Shown here: positions 19,063 through 30,092 of the stretch, piece by piece
How the letters are laid out: the number at the start of each line of letters is the position of its first letter
How positions within the stretch are numbered: position 1 is the first letter of the stretch
Virus record (IMG/VR): IMGVR_UViG_3300037258_000514
Coordinates: 111,953-175,952 of that record
DNA length: 64,000 nucleotides
DNA from: a virus
Direction: 5' to 3' (one strand)
Notes under the pieces: generated by a model
The model's input: only the letters and a program-made list of their open reading frames with translations
Databases searched by the model: none
What the model was told of the DNA's origin: nothing
Program-made: the position numbers and the translations under genes

Positions 19063-19367
19063 TAACTAATCCTTTTCTTCTTTTGTGCAAATTCTTCTGC
19101 ATCTATCCGCTGATTTGTCCAGTAAATGTCTTCCGGAGAATCATCGTCCCTAACGTAGAGACCTACGTATTGCGGGTAGATAAATTGGTTAGCAAATTTC
19201 CCTTTACTATCCGCTAACATGAGGGCATCGTACAATTCTTCAGGGAAGCCGTTCGGGCCATGATACTGGTAAATCTTACCTGAATTAAAGCAGATTTCGA
19301 GTGTTTTCTCATGTTTATTATACCCGATGCTGCGAATGTTAGAGCTTTTAACGAGTGTGTGGTTCAT
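19062..19367 (-). CDS. KTSC-domain protein
   Basis: VKSSNIRSIGYN...LEICFNSGKIYQY...LMLADSKGKF. Confidence 0.9.
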   Translation of the reverse strand: MNHTLVKSSNIRSIGYNKHEKTLEICFNSGKIYQYHGPNGFPEELYDALMLADSKGKFANQFIYPQYVGLYVRDDDSPEDIYWTNQRIDAEEFAQKKKRIS

Positions 19368-20029
19368 TTATTTCTCCTGTTCGAGAACAGCATCAACGAC
19401 AGCTCGATGTACATCGTTCATAGAATCGTTGCGTGATTCAATTAGTTCTTCGACTCTATTCGCGATTAAATTTGCATGTTGAAATGCTCTGCTCTCTTTT
19501 GTTTTGCTTCCGGGTCGGTGAAACATACAATAGTCATTCATTGATGTTGGATCCCAAGAACAACCGCACATTTTCTTACAATGCGCGCATTCTCCATGTG
19601 TCATCGTACCCATATCTTTATGACAATGAGGGCATTCCATTAGTATAACGCCTTTCCGCAAAGTCTATTTGCTAGATTAGAATAACGAATTTGTCTCATT
19701 CTCTTTACAAAATTCTTTCGCTCGTCTCCTTTTAGGTTGTAGGGTGTACCATACATATCCATGCGATCTGCATCGAGGGTTACTTCGATTCTCGCTGCTT
19801 TTGTTATGCGTTCGCCAGGATCAACAGAAGCTTCAACATCAGCTCCAATGGCATCCCACGTCCTACCGCATGCCTGTACGAATTGTTGTTTCTCTTCTTT
19901 TGTAAACTCAGGATAATTACCTTTCCCTTCACAATCTTCGCAGTCTTTTCTTTCTTTCATTGCACTGCCAACGATTGTAAGATTGTTTGGGAAGTATCCT
20001 GCACCTTTACAAAAATCACAGATTCTCAT
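19368..20029 (-). other. two small Zn-finger-like genes (19368-~19640; 19640-~20029 with CxxCxGxG repeats)
   Basis: CPHC/CAHC; CDFCKGAG...CEDCEGKG. Confidence 0.6.
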
Positions 20030-20179
20030 TCTTAACCCTCCACTCTGCCCTCTGTCACAGGGCAGTAGCAAGACTAAGTCTTTTCTTTAGCAAGACGTTT
20101 TAATCGTCGTAAAGCTTTGCAGACATCACATCCTCGACCTGTACAGAGGTTAAAGAATTGATGTCCTAACCCACGATAA

Positions 20180-20680
20180 TCAAGCAGTAGATTTATTATC
20201 TGTTTCGGAATGAACTGCCTCCTGTACTGGCGGTATGTGTGCTCTTAGCTCTGCTGCTATTCTTTCTCTCTCAGCTTTGTTTGTTACTGCAACTTGCCGA
20301 CGACGACTCATCTCAGCTGATCGTGCTTCAGGTGAAAGTGTATCCCAGAAACTCCTGATCTTCTTCTTACGAGGCTTTGCAACGAGCTTTTTCTTCTTTG
20401 CCAATGGAGTCTTACCCAATTTCTTGAACTTCCTCCATCGTGCTTTCTGCGCAGCAGCAATCTTTCGCTTGCCTGCAGATGAGATCTTATGGATCGTTAT
20501 TTCCGGCCAGCCCGGATCTACGATGGGTTCATATGCAAACACCTCAACATAACCTTCGTCCTGTGAAAAAGGTGAATGGGCTTTTCCCACAAGCATCTCA
20601 AGCAACAGTGAATCATTTTCATCTTCGGCAAATAGTGCAAATTTGTATTTGCCTGTCATGTGTTTTATTTGTACTCTCAT
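20180..20680 (-). CDS. basic protein with nucleoid-associated-like motif
   Basis: SSAGKRKIAAAQKARWRKFKK; WDTLSPEARSAEMSRR. Confidence 0.7.
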   Translation of the reverse strand: MRVQIKHMTGKYKFALFAEDENDSLLLEMLVGKAHSPFSQDEGYVEVFAYEPIVDPGWPEITIHKISSAGKRKIAAAQKARWRKFKKLGKTPLAKKKKLVAKPRKKKIRSFWDTLSPEARSAEMSRRRQVAVTNKAERERIAAELRAHIPPVQEAVHSETDNKSTA

Positions 20681-20696
20681 TTACTCTCCTTTTGTG

Positions 20697-20969
20697 TTAG
20701 TAGTTAACATACTCTTTCGTTTTATCTGCATTAGGACGACGGCGACCTGTTTCAGGATGACGCATCCATCCATCCGGTTCACCTTTACCATCCCAAACTG
20801 CTAAGGCGACAACTGCCGCCTCTACAGTATCGTATCACCAACTATTGCTTAACCACTCCGCGTTAGTTGGTCCATAGATAATCCTCGCACGATCGAACGT
20901 TAGAGGAACTACCCATGCAGAATTTCCATCTTCAAAATCTTTCTGTGTGATATAATATTCTTCTTTCAT
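20697..20969 (-). CDS. candidate selenoprotein, 90 aa, with in-frame TGA at codon 45 (not in ORF track)
   Basis: GAGGAG SD 6 nt before ATG 20969; MKEEYY...WLSNSW-TGA-YDTVEAAVVALAVWDGKGEPDGWMRHPETGRRRPNA...; frame fills the intergenic gap; SECIS-like hairpin follows the TGA. Confidence 0.7.
20797..20828 (-). promoter_or_regulatory. bacterial SECIS-like stem-loop
   Basis: ACTG-TA-GAGGCGGC-AGTT-GTCGCCTT-AG-CAGT starting 6 nt after the TGA; G in the apical loop. Confidence 0.6.
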
Positions 20970-20983
20970 AAACATCTCCTCTG

Positions 20984-21523
20984 CTATTTGCTTTGATTTA
21001 CTTTGACTCTGCGTGATCGTTTTACTGAGGGACGATGCACGGGTAAGAGCGTTAGTTTCTGCGCAATGATGTTTTTAAACTTCGTAAGATAATACGCAGT
21101 ACCATCAGTGCCTTCTGCTAAGATGTTTTCAAGCATAACAGGATACACTTTGCACGTCTTGTACTTACTTGAAAGTGTATTTTGCCACAACTTTTTTAGA
21201 GCCACCTTTGCATCTTTCTGCGTTTTATAGGCATGGAAGCCGTTTGGATATTGGTATCCATCATCTGCAGAAATAAAGCGTTCTGTCCAACCACTCTGAT
21301 CAAGTTCTCGTGTTACTTGCACTCCCTCGCGAAAAGAGAAGTTTCTGAACGGAGAAAGATAGTGATATGGAATCTCCTCTTTGTCTTCGCCAATGATCGG
21401 GATTGATACTCTCTGAAGTATCTTCCATGCTTTTACTTTCTTTCTGAGCATCGGTCTATGCACTTTACTTACTGTTGCTAAACACATCTTTACCTCCTTG
21501 GAAGTTGTCCCTACTACACTCAA
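20984..21523 (-). CDS. hypothetical phage protein
   Basis: Likely start MCLATV (GGAGG SD); YPNGFHAY motif. Confidence 0.65.
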   Translation of the reverse strand: MSVVGTTSKEVKMCLATVSKVHRPMLRKKVKAWKILQRVSIPIIGEDKEEIPYHYLSPFRNFSFREGVQVTRELDQSGWTERFISADDGYQYPNGFHAYKTQKDAKVALKKLWQNTLSSKYKTCKVYPVMLENILAEGTDGTAYYLTKFKNIIAQKLTLLPVHRPSVKRSRRVKVNQSK

Positions 21524-21621
21524 AGGTACTTGTGCAAGTGCTATATACCACCTACACTTTCATTAAACGTGCCGGCGTTCGTCCTTTGAATGTAGAAGGC
21601 ACAGCTTCCTGTGCCCTGTTA

Positions 21622-22101
21622 CTAGTCTTCCCATTGAACTAAGTCGATTGTTGGCATTTCTTCACCGGACATTTCAACGGGAATACTCCAAAAGTATCCG
21701 CCTGCTCTACCAATTAAATCTATTTCCTTTTCAATCGTTTCTCCGTTATACTTTACGGATGAAATGTGCGGACGCATATTTTCAGGATCTTTTTCCATTT
21801 CAACTTCAATTGTAAATTTCATCTTCTCCTTTCAGAAGCTCGGATCTGACTGCCTTTTCTTCGAAGCCTTTCTGATTAAGACATTTTCTAACCAAACAGG
21901 AGCGTTGATCTTGTAGAGAGTGTCACGATAGAACACACTCCATTTTCCGGTTTCGCCATCGTACTGCCAATATACATCTTCAAAGAACACTATCCACGGT
22001 CTGTGGTCTTTAAAGCATGTACTAACAATACGCTCACGTACCTTTCCACTACCAAGTAGTTCGCTGTCTAATAACAAGGTTCGCTTTCCCTCTTGTTTCA
22101 T
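21622..22101 (-). other. two small hypothetical genes (21622-21822, 21832-22101)
   Basis: ORFs with SD. Confidence 0.55.
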
Positions 22102-22204
22102 GTTTGTGACTGCATAGTAATTGGTAATGATTCCTCCTGTTCGATTTCTTTCTTATTTTTTTCATACATAGCAAAAGCTGCTTTCCATTGCTTGTCCGTA
22201 GCCA

Positions 22205-22330
22205 TAACATTACCTCAAACATCTTATCGGTAAGAGTCTTGAGATCGGTTGCAGTTGCAGTTGAGAAACCTGAAAGGTCAACTTTGCTTACAGGCTTCAA
22301 TAGGAACGGATCAGGATGTTTTAATATCAT
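22205..22330 (-). pseudogene. N-terminal remnant of peptide deformylase
   Basis: MILKHPDPFLLKPVSKVD...LKTLTDKMFEVM, then similarity stops; no GxGxAAxQ, EGCLS or HExDH. Confidence 0.55.
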
Positions 22331-22571
22331 CTTTCTCCTTTAAACCAAAAAGGCTTTCTCCTCTAACAAACACCTTCCAGTAATTAAAATCTAACGTATG
22401 AGAATACGAAAAGCTATCCTCTAACTCTACGCCTTCTTCATCGTTTGCGCGTTGAATTGCTTGTTCTGGTGAATCTGCCTCTACTTCAATGCTTTGATAG
22501 TAGAGTTCAGGACGTTCAACGATGTATTTCACTTTACCTCCTTCAAAAGTAATCCTTCCTGTGCATATCAC
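22311..22571 (-). CDS. hypothetical protein
   Basis: IEVEADSPEQA motif; GGAGG SD before a GTG. Confidence 0.6.
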   Translation of the reverse strand: MICTGRITFEGGKVKYIVERPELYYQSIEVEADSPEQAIQRANDEEGVELEDSFSYSHTLDFNYWKVFVRGESLFGLKEKDDIKTS

Positions 22572-22602
22572 TATGCACAGGCCACATTACTCTATATGCT
22601 TA

Positions 22603-23139
22603 TCAGGAAGTTAAAGTATCACGCTTTCCTGTTATCTTCGCAATCATAGAGTTCTTTATGCCTTCACGCAGGCTGCGCACTGATGCAGGAGCATCCTGCC
22701 ATTTTACTGTTTCATCTCCTTCGTAAGTTGCAAGCGCTGAAGATGCAATATTGTAATCGAGTTTAGGATAAATTTCGCCCGCTAATTTCCAAGCTTCAAC
22801 TTCTCTCGGAAGAGTTCCGATCAACTCTTGAATTATGTAGTTGTGCGAAGGAGTATTAACAGCGTTAGCAATTGCATGACCCATTTCATGTGCAATAACA
22901 GTTGCAAAGAGCTGTCCCTTATTTTCGGACACTCTGTCGCCTAACAAAGAGTCAATTTGCTGAACATCGTTGCTAGGAACCATGATTATCGCAAATTCTC
23001 CTTTTCCATGAGGGTTAGGAGTTAACCGTGATACTTCATTTGTTTGTTTTCCATCGTCGTAAATCAGATGGATAGTTGCAATGCGCTTTTGTCCTTCTTT
23101 CAAGATAGGGCCATAAAATGCTTGATTCTCTTCTGTCAT
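22603..23139 (-). CDS. HExxH zincin-like (ImmA/IrrE-type) metallopeptidase
   Basis: VIAHEMGHA...REVEAW. Confidence 0.7.
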   Translation of the reverse strand: MTEENQAFYGPILKEGQKRIATIHLIYDDGKQTNEVSRLTPNPHGKGEFAIIMVPSNDVQQIDSLLGDRVSENKGQLFATVIAHEMGHAIANAVNTPSHNYIIQELIGTLPREVEAWKLAGEIYPKLDYNIASSALATYEGDETVKWQDAPASVRSLREGIKNSMIAKITGKRDTLTS

Positions 23140-23365
23140 AATTTACCTTCCTTTCTTTGTATTATTGCTCAAGAATTGTTTCGTTGAGATGGTAAAGATA
23201 TTGCTTCTTCAACTCTTCTCTTGCCTCAATCACAGCTTCTTTGACAAGACGCTCTGCTTCACTTCGATTAATAGCGTTACGTCCGCCGAAGAAATCTGTG
23301 ACAAGTTTGGTAATATCCATTTACCGTCCTTTCATGGTTATACCGGTTGCAATTAGCAACGAACT

Positions 23366-23704
23366 TTAGTTAGAGGTTAGGATTTCGGCGGGCAAAACAG
23401 ATGCTGAGATGCGTTTTGCGTTTGGTCCACCATAGATGTTGCCTTCAGGTTGAAGCTTAATGAATACAGGCTGTTTAGCCAGATTTCCAATTGCTTTACC
23501 TGTGATGAAGAAATAACGACCGAGTAAGAGTTGAGAAGGAAGCTCACACTCAGCATCAAACTGTGCACTGTCAGAAAAACCAATTGCTTTTACTAACTTC
23601 TCCATGTCCTCTGCATTATCGACGAACAAATATTCATCACCATCTGAATCGTCAATCTTTAACGATGCAATTTCTACTTCACCTGTTTCTGAGTAATAGA
23701 TCAA
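23366..23704 (-). CDS. hypothetical acidic protein
   Basis: ORF in operon. Confidence 0.6.
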   Translation of the reverse strand: MIYYSETGEVEIASLKIDDSDGDEYLFVDNAEDMEKLVKAIGFSDSAQFDAECELPSQLLLGRYFFITGKAIGNLAKQPVFIKLQPEGNIYGGPNAKRISASVLPAEILTSN

Positions 23705-24141
23705 TTCGAGCCTTTCTTAAGATCGAACGTGCCCCAGTACTGCTTGCGTACTCCGAACTGGATGAAATACGACTTCCAGGCTTCATCGAAATAGCAGTTT
23801 GGAGGCGAATCGAGAAATAGAGCCACCATTTGTGTGTGTTCATAGCCTGCATGACCTGTGCCAATCTGAGTTACCTTGAATTCAAGTTCAGGATGTCTTT
23901 GGGCGAATGTAATAAACATCGCCACATAGTCCTGAATCTCAATGAAAGGCATGTCTACAATGTACGGATTGCCTTGTTCAACAGTCCGCGTTGGAATGGC
24001 AAAAGATTGACCTTGAATGCCAAACCCTTGCCCCTGCTTCGCACCGAAGTTAACGCGGGCGTCTCTCGCCGCGCCCGCACCGTGAATGCCGTGTGTATTA
24101 CTGCCAAAGACAAAAATCATATTTTCCTCTCTACCTTCCAA
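23701..24141 (-). CDS. macrodomain-like phage protein (IFVFGSN/HGAGAA family)
   Basis: IFVFGSNTHGIHGAGAA...GQSFAIPT...FKVTQIGTGHAG. Confidence 0.75.
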   Translation of the reverse strand: MEGREENMIFVFGSNTHGIHGAGAARDARVNFGAKQGQGFGIQGQSFAIPTRTVEQGNPYIVDMPFIEIQDYVAMFITFAQRHPELEFKVTQIGTGHAGYEHTQMVALFLDSPPNCYFDEAWKSYFIQFGVRKQYWGTFDLKKGSN

Positions 24142-25673
24142 GGCATAGATACAAGATCTCTCGCTAGTTGTGAGAGTTCACCTCCATCATTGCACATCAT
24201 TACAAGCTGATTATCTTTTTCAACTAAATCGGTTACGGAGACCACGACAGTCTCCTCAAGATAGTTAGCGAAGCAGACATGTCGTTCCGGATTAAACTTT
24301 TCAAGCTTTACCATTAGATCAGCTACGGTCATTTGCCTCCTTTTCTAGATGCAGTTGCATCAATAGAGTCTACTGTCACTAGACTCTAATGTTGAAACTA
24401 CGTTAAAACACTAATTTCCTAGAAAGTTAACATCTTCAGCATTAAATCCTATCTCACCCATTGTAATATCACCGATGATTCCCGCTCCAAGGTCAGTTTG
24501 GAGAAGTTCGTCTAATGGGGGAAGTTGCGCGCCTTCAGGATCAGTACCAGCTTTGAGCGCGTTGTAATTAGCAGTCTGAGCATCTTTCTTTAACTGCGTT
24601 GCTTCTTCGAGGTTAAAGCCCACACCAATTAGTTCGTCCTTCTCACCAAAGATGCCCCACAACTTGTAGTGTTTATCTTCAAACATTAGCTTACCGTCCT
24701 TTCATTGGGTACTAACATCTGTTGAAGTTGTACCTTCCAGTTATCCGGAAGCTTTTTCCAATTGCCATCAACAAATTCTTCGATCTCATCGAAGATAGTT
24801 AGTAAATGTCCTTCAGGTGGATGCAGAAGATAGCCAGGATTAACATCTCTAAACATATCTGCTAGATGTCTCGAAGTTATTTCCAACATCCAAGCAGTTC
24901 TTCGTGCTTCTGTTGCATTTTGCCACATAAATTCAATTACGCTTGGGATTTTCTTTGGGGACACGATTCTCTTCCTCCATTCTTCTTATTTTTTCCATTG
25001 TCCAAGTCTTGTGAACAAAACAACGCTGCACACCATCAATAACTTTTATTGCAGGAAGACGGCAGCGTGAATATTTCGTCGTTAGACTCGGATATCTTGT
25101 AAGTACAGCGCATCTCTTCTCATCAGGTGGTGGAGTCGTACTAGCGAGGTATGTAAGATTACCATACTTATCGAGTCTGGACATCTAGTTTACCTTCGAA
25201 GGGTCTGTCTTCAAATATGGAGACATGTCCTTGATAAATTCGGGCATTAGTTCTTGTGGAACACCCTTCTCAGCCATTTGTGCGTAAACTTCTTGCAAAG
25301 TTGTCTCTCCGGGCTTGATGGCAATAACTGCACCGTTTATGTTGCTATTGCTTTTATTCTTACTCGAGGATGAAAGCAAAGTTTGCAACAAGTCTTCAAC
25401 AATAAGATCACGAACATCATGTTTAATGGAATGGCGAAAGTCTTTTCGTTGCTCTTCCGTAAGCTCATGTTTGTCGAAGAAAGCTTTCACTGCATTATGT
25501 GCAGTCACTGTTCCAACCGGGTCGTCGGCCATTAGTTTGTGGATTTCAGCAACCCCAAAATTAAGCGGTTCAAAGATCTCGTCTGTCATCAGTTTCTTCA
25601 GTTTGCAAGTTGGCGAGTGGATGTCTTTTGCGTCGTCGCAACTTATTTCCCATTGTTCTTTTGTGTATGCCAT
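24117..25673 (-). other. five hypothetical genes (24117-24332, 24411-24686, 24686-24964, 24933-25184, 25185-25673)
   Basis: Contiguous, coupled ORFs. Confidence 0.6.
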
Positions 25674-25715
25674 TCTGCTTGTTCTCCTTCATTTAAGATT
25701 AACACCCCAACCTTT

Positions 25716-26198
25716 TTAGTTCCTGATTTTCTTAGCAAGTTTATACGTAAAAGGTAATGAACATAGCCAATCCAAAGCCTGCTCAAAGTTATACCCGATA
25801 CGTATGACATTCATTGCTGAATCGTGATCATACACATTGCGCCACCATCTGTGGTTGCCGTCGAGTATATAACTGTCTCTTGACACTAACACAGGTTTTA
25901 GCTTGACTTCAATCGGCATATTCTTTGCCAAGTTAAAGTCAATATGCTGATGCGCATGTAATTCTTTTGGATCAACAACTTCCAAAGTTGGATTGAGTTT
26001 TTTCTCCCATGCTTTAACAATTAGCTGTGGAAGATCCTTTCTATCAACCTGAGGCATAACAGCTCTCGGAACATAGAAAGGCAGCAATTCGCCTCCCCTA
26101 TAGTCTATCCCAAAGAACGATTCGCCTCCAGCAGGTACTCTTTGTAACTGCATAAAACCTCCTATGTTCGGATAACTTTCTTTGCTGCTTCTTCCCAT
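25716..26198 (-). CDS. ParB/sulfiredoxin-like domain protein
   Basis: PVLVSRDSYILDGNHRW; likely start MQLQ after GGAGG. Confidence 0.7.
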   Translation of the reverse strand: MGRSSKESYPNIGGFMQLQRVPAGGESFFGIDYRGGELLPFYVPRAVMPQVDRKDLPQLIVKAWEKKLNPTLEVVDPKELHAHQHIDFNLAKNMPIEVKLKPVLVSRDSYILDGNHRWWRNVYDHDSAMNVIRIGYNFEQALDWLCSLPFTYKLAKKIRN

Positions 26199-26318
26199 TG
26201 TTCGTCAGTTGCAAGAACATTAAGTAATGCTGTATGCAACGTAAGGAGATATTCGTTTGCAAGCTCGTCGGCATTGTCGTAGATAATGTCGAGCTTTTTT
26301 GCTTGCTCTGCGATCCAC

Positions 26319-26728
26319 TTAACTCTTTCGGTTGTTTTCAAGTTTTACTCCTTTCTCAAATACAATTTCTTCTTCTTTCTCAACGTACTTATTAAGAGAA
26401 GAATCTTGTTGCATCTTTGTCTTAACAAATTCTTCATAGCTTCGCCAAGACAGAGAAGCAAGACGAGAAAGATATAGTGCATATACATCTTGTTTAGGCT
26501 TTTGCATCGTTATACTCCTGAAAGTTGTTTTAGCTTAGTAAGTTCTGCTTCTAATACCCTGATTTGCTGATTCTTCTCGCGAAGAAGATGCATTAATGTT
26601 GAACGTGTTGCTTTAACAACAGCAGAACAGCGTTCCGGATCGTCAATAAACTCCGATCCTCCAGGCGTTAATCCCTCTAGTTCACGTCTGTATCGCGTTA
26701 AGAGATCGTCTCCGTCTAATCTGTTCAT
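26319..26728 (-). other. two small hypothetical genes
   Basis: LEGLTPGGSEF motif in 26510-26728. Confidence 0.55.
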
Positions 26729-26883
26729 TATATCTCCTTTCTTTTTAAACTGCCTCCGACTAACCCGTCCTGTCTTAGTAAAACAGCTATTAAGTCGCGA
26801 AACATGCTGGTTGTCGTAATAGCGGCAGCTCTAATACATCTATCCAATTGCACAACGGGTTCGCTGTGCAATTGGTAGGTGCG

Positions 26884-26994
26884 TTAGATGATTTCTTCTA
26901 ACGATTCATCCGGATTAGCTTCCGGATCAAGTACGTCTGGCTCAGGATCACGTTCAGACTGAAGTAGAGTGTCGATGTTGTCCTCTTTGAACAA
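26884..26994 (-). CDS. 36-aa highly acidic microprotein (not in track)
   Basis: TTG start, GGAGG SD; MFKEDNIDTLLQSERDPEPDVLDPEANPDESLEEII. Confidence 0.5.
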   Translation of the reverse strand: MFKEDNIDTLLQSERDPEPDVLDPEANPDESLEEII

Positions 26995-29900
26995 TTACTT
27001 TGCCTCCTTTCCATGAGGTTTGTTAGTCACAGCAACCTCTTGTACAGGTCCGGATACAATCATTGGATAGCCTCCCATTGCGACATACATCTCAGCTAGA
27101 GAGATTGACGATGCTTGTGGCATCTTCCTATCCAACCAGTTTCGAAAACGTTTTAGCATGATGTTACCTTCCTTTCTAGCGTTCGCCGCGTAAAACTTGC
27201 GCGAGAGCGTTGTTAACAAACACATCGTCAGTGTGACGAAGAATTTGCGCAGCGATAAGCATGTCTATACGCAAATCTTTGGCAACACTGTAGGCTTGAG
27301 TTTCCAGCGTTTTTGCTACTTCCTTTGCAAATTTTGCTTTCATCGCTTCCTCCGCTTGCTGCTATTGTTGCGATTCGTTACGGTAAGGCGAAGCTTTAGT
27401 TGCTTCCCCAAGGAGCACTTCGTAATCTCGAAGCATACGTTCAGCAAATTCCTCTTCCGACATTTTCTTCGGAGGCTTAGGTTTTCGCTCAATATTCAAC
27501 ATTAAACTTCCCCTGCACATAATCTACGATTACCTCAGCAACTACTACGGCGAGGATTACGCAGACGGTTAAGATGATCTTACTCATCGCTGATACTCCC
27601 TTAAAATCGAAATACCACGACCACTCTACGATAATTGATGAGTGATCGTGGTTTACATGGCCCCGAAAAGCCTTACAGTTCCAGCAAGAAGTGTTCGCCA
27701 ATCATACTAAAGGCGAACTCAACGAACTGGAATCCAACAAGCGTTGCGGAGATCTCCTTGTGCTGCATGTAAACTGCAACAGCAGCCAGAAGAACGACCA
27801 ACGTGAAGATGGGAATGCGCCGGAACAAGACGCGCGCCAGTTTAGGGTGAGTGCAGAAGAAGCATTTCTTCCGCGCATTGTGCCTGTGGTACTTACGGGG
27901 CATAGAGCCTCCATGATCGCAACGTGAGCTATACACGTTGTTTGAGTGGACAACTACTGCTGTCCTTGCTGTACTAAGCCTACTTCGTCTCTAAGAGCGA
28001 AATAGTTAAACTCCTAACTTAGTACAGTAAGCACAGCAGAAGCCTGTGCTTTGTTTTCATGCAACTGTCTTATCAGTGATTCGTGCCGTAATGTAAGCGG
28101 TCATTTCCTCAGCAGACAGCAATTCTGTACCTGTCTTCTCAAGAACTTCCTCTGCAATATCCAACGCCCTCATGCCGTCTGGATAAGATAGATGCGAATC
28201 TTGAGACATAAATCTCGTAATAAATGCCACGGCACGACGCATTAGATCGTCGCGAGACATACCAGGATTCATTTCTGCTTCTCCTTTAGCGTCTTAATTG
28301 ACCGATCAGCAATTGTGTCAGCAAAGACATCAAGAATGTCTTCGCTAAACACTCCTCGTTGAATATAGATTTCGAGAATAGAACGAAACGCGCATCCTAT
28401 TCCAGCACAGCCATTCACAACACTGTCGGGGAAGTGTTTAGTCATAACGCTGTGCACGTCTTTGACTAATTCTGCTGCCTTTTCATCAGCGATCTTATCG
28501 AAGTAAAGAGAATCTTTAGAGGTCGACATTCATAAACCTCTCCACCTCAACTTCAGGCGTCCTGAAAAAATCGCTAAGAACATCGGCAACTAATCCTCCT
28601 GCAACAACAGTTGCAAGAATTGTACCGACTACTTTAGTGATAAACTGAATGCTTTCCATTATATTACCTTCCTTTCATTAGTTTGAATTTCTGAGCGATC
28701 TTCTGTACTGCCCAACCAGTTAAAGCAATAAAGAAGAGTATGCAGCTAACATACCAGCCAAACAGGAGTGTTTGCATTGTCCTCCTTAACTTACACCTGC
28801 ACGGCTGCTGTGCCAGCCGTATAGTCTAAGCTAAGAATAGAGGTAAGAGCCAGCTAAAGCTCTAACTTCTCGTGTATGTAGAGGCAAATCGCAACAATAA
28901 GCTGATTTACCTAATGTCTAAACAAGCGTTGCGGGATAACATCGCCATTAACATCCTTACAACCATGTGGTAGAACAAGATAGCCGAAGTCCTGTCCCTC
29001 CTTTGTTTTAACGACTGTGTGCTTCGGCACAACCCATTGATGGATGTGAAGGTCTTCCTGGAGAATCACATCTCCAAAAGCCTTCTTATGGAAAGGTAAA
29101 TTTTCAATATACATGTTACCGTCCTTTCTTATTACATCTTCCAGTTTTCAGAAAGAAATTCTGTCGCCTTTTCATTTGCAGCAAGCATTTGACTAATGCG
29201 CGAACGAAGCTTTGTTAGTTTTGTGTAGTTCTCCTGAGCTTCGGAGATATTAGCGCCGCGAATCTTCCTCTCAGCGAAATATCTGCTAGCCCAAAGCGTC
29301 GTCCATTGATCGGCATAGCTGTAGGCAGTTGAGAGCGAGTCTTGCGCTTCCTCAAGCGCATTCATTACCTCTGCTTCTATTGCAGCGCCTTCAGCCTTCA
29401 TCTTGTCAGCTTGTTTTGCCACAGTTTAACCTCCGAGTATAACTCTGTTTCTTGTTTGTAGTGCTTGCTCAGCGAATTTCCTCAGCTCAAACAGATGCGC
29501 TTGAGCTTGAGCAAGATCGTCAACGGGCAGGTTAGCATATGAAGCAATACGCTCTAATTCACCTGTTAAGTAGTTTTGCATCCGTAAATCATCCATGGAC
29601 TCTCCTTTCATGAATTTGTCCAAAAACAAGAGCTACTCCTAATGTACATCCAACAGCTAGCTGCGACTAGCGGTTGGTGTAAACTAGTTAGCCATTGTTA
29701 ACGGCCCAATGCGGCATCTTCTGCTGCAGTTCTTCTGCTGCATCCTGATTCTTCAACAGAATACTAATCGCATAGACCTGCTTACCATCCTTTCCAGGCG
29801 CGAAGCCTAATGACACGGTTGCATCAGTGTAGTGAAACTGACGGATGAGATCTTCCGATACACCGTCTGCTACTAGCGTAGCGCCCTCATCTTGAGGCAA

Positions 29901-30092
29901 ATCGTTGAACGTCATGGTAATGCGCTGTTGTCGATGAGCCTGCGACACAACTACGTCGGCAGTTTCTTTCAGCTCGCCAACTAGCGGTTCCATGCTATCT
30001 GCGTCTTTTTCCTCACGCGCTTCCAGAATCGAAAGATCCGGGATACGGCCACTGATAAGATCTTCGGCATTGCTAAGCGAAAGAGTTGTCAT
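26995..30092 (-). other. array of small early hypothetical genes (e.g. 27673-27903, 28057-28272, 28269-28529, 28911-29114, 29132-29422, 29426-29629, 29688-30092)
   Basis: Short ORFs with strong SD sequences separated by hairpins. Confidence 0.6.
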
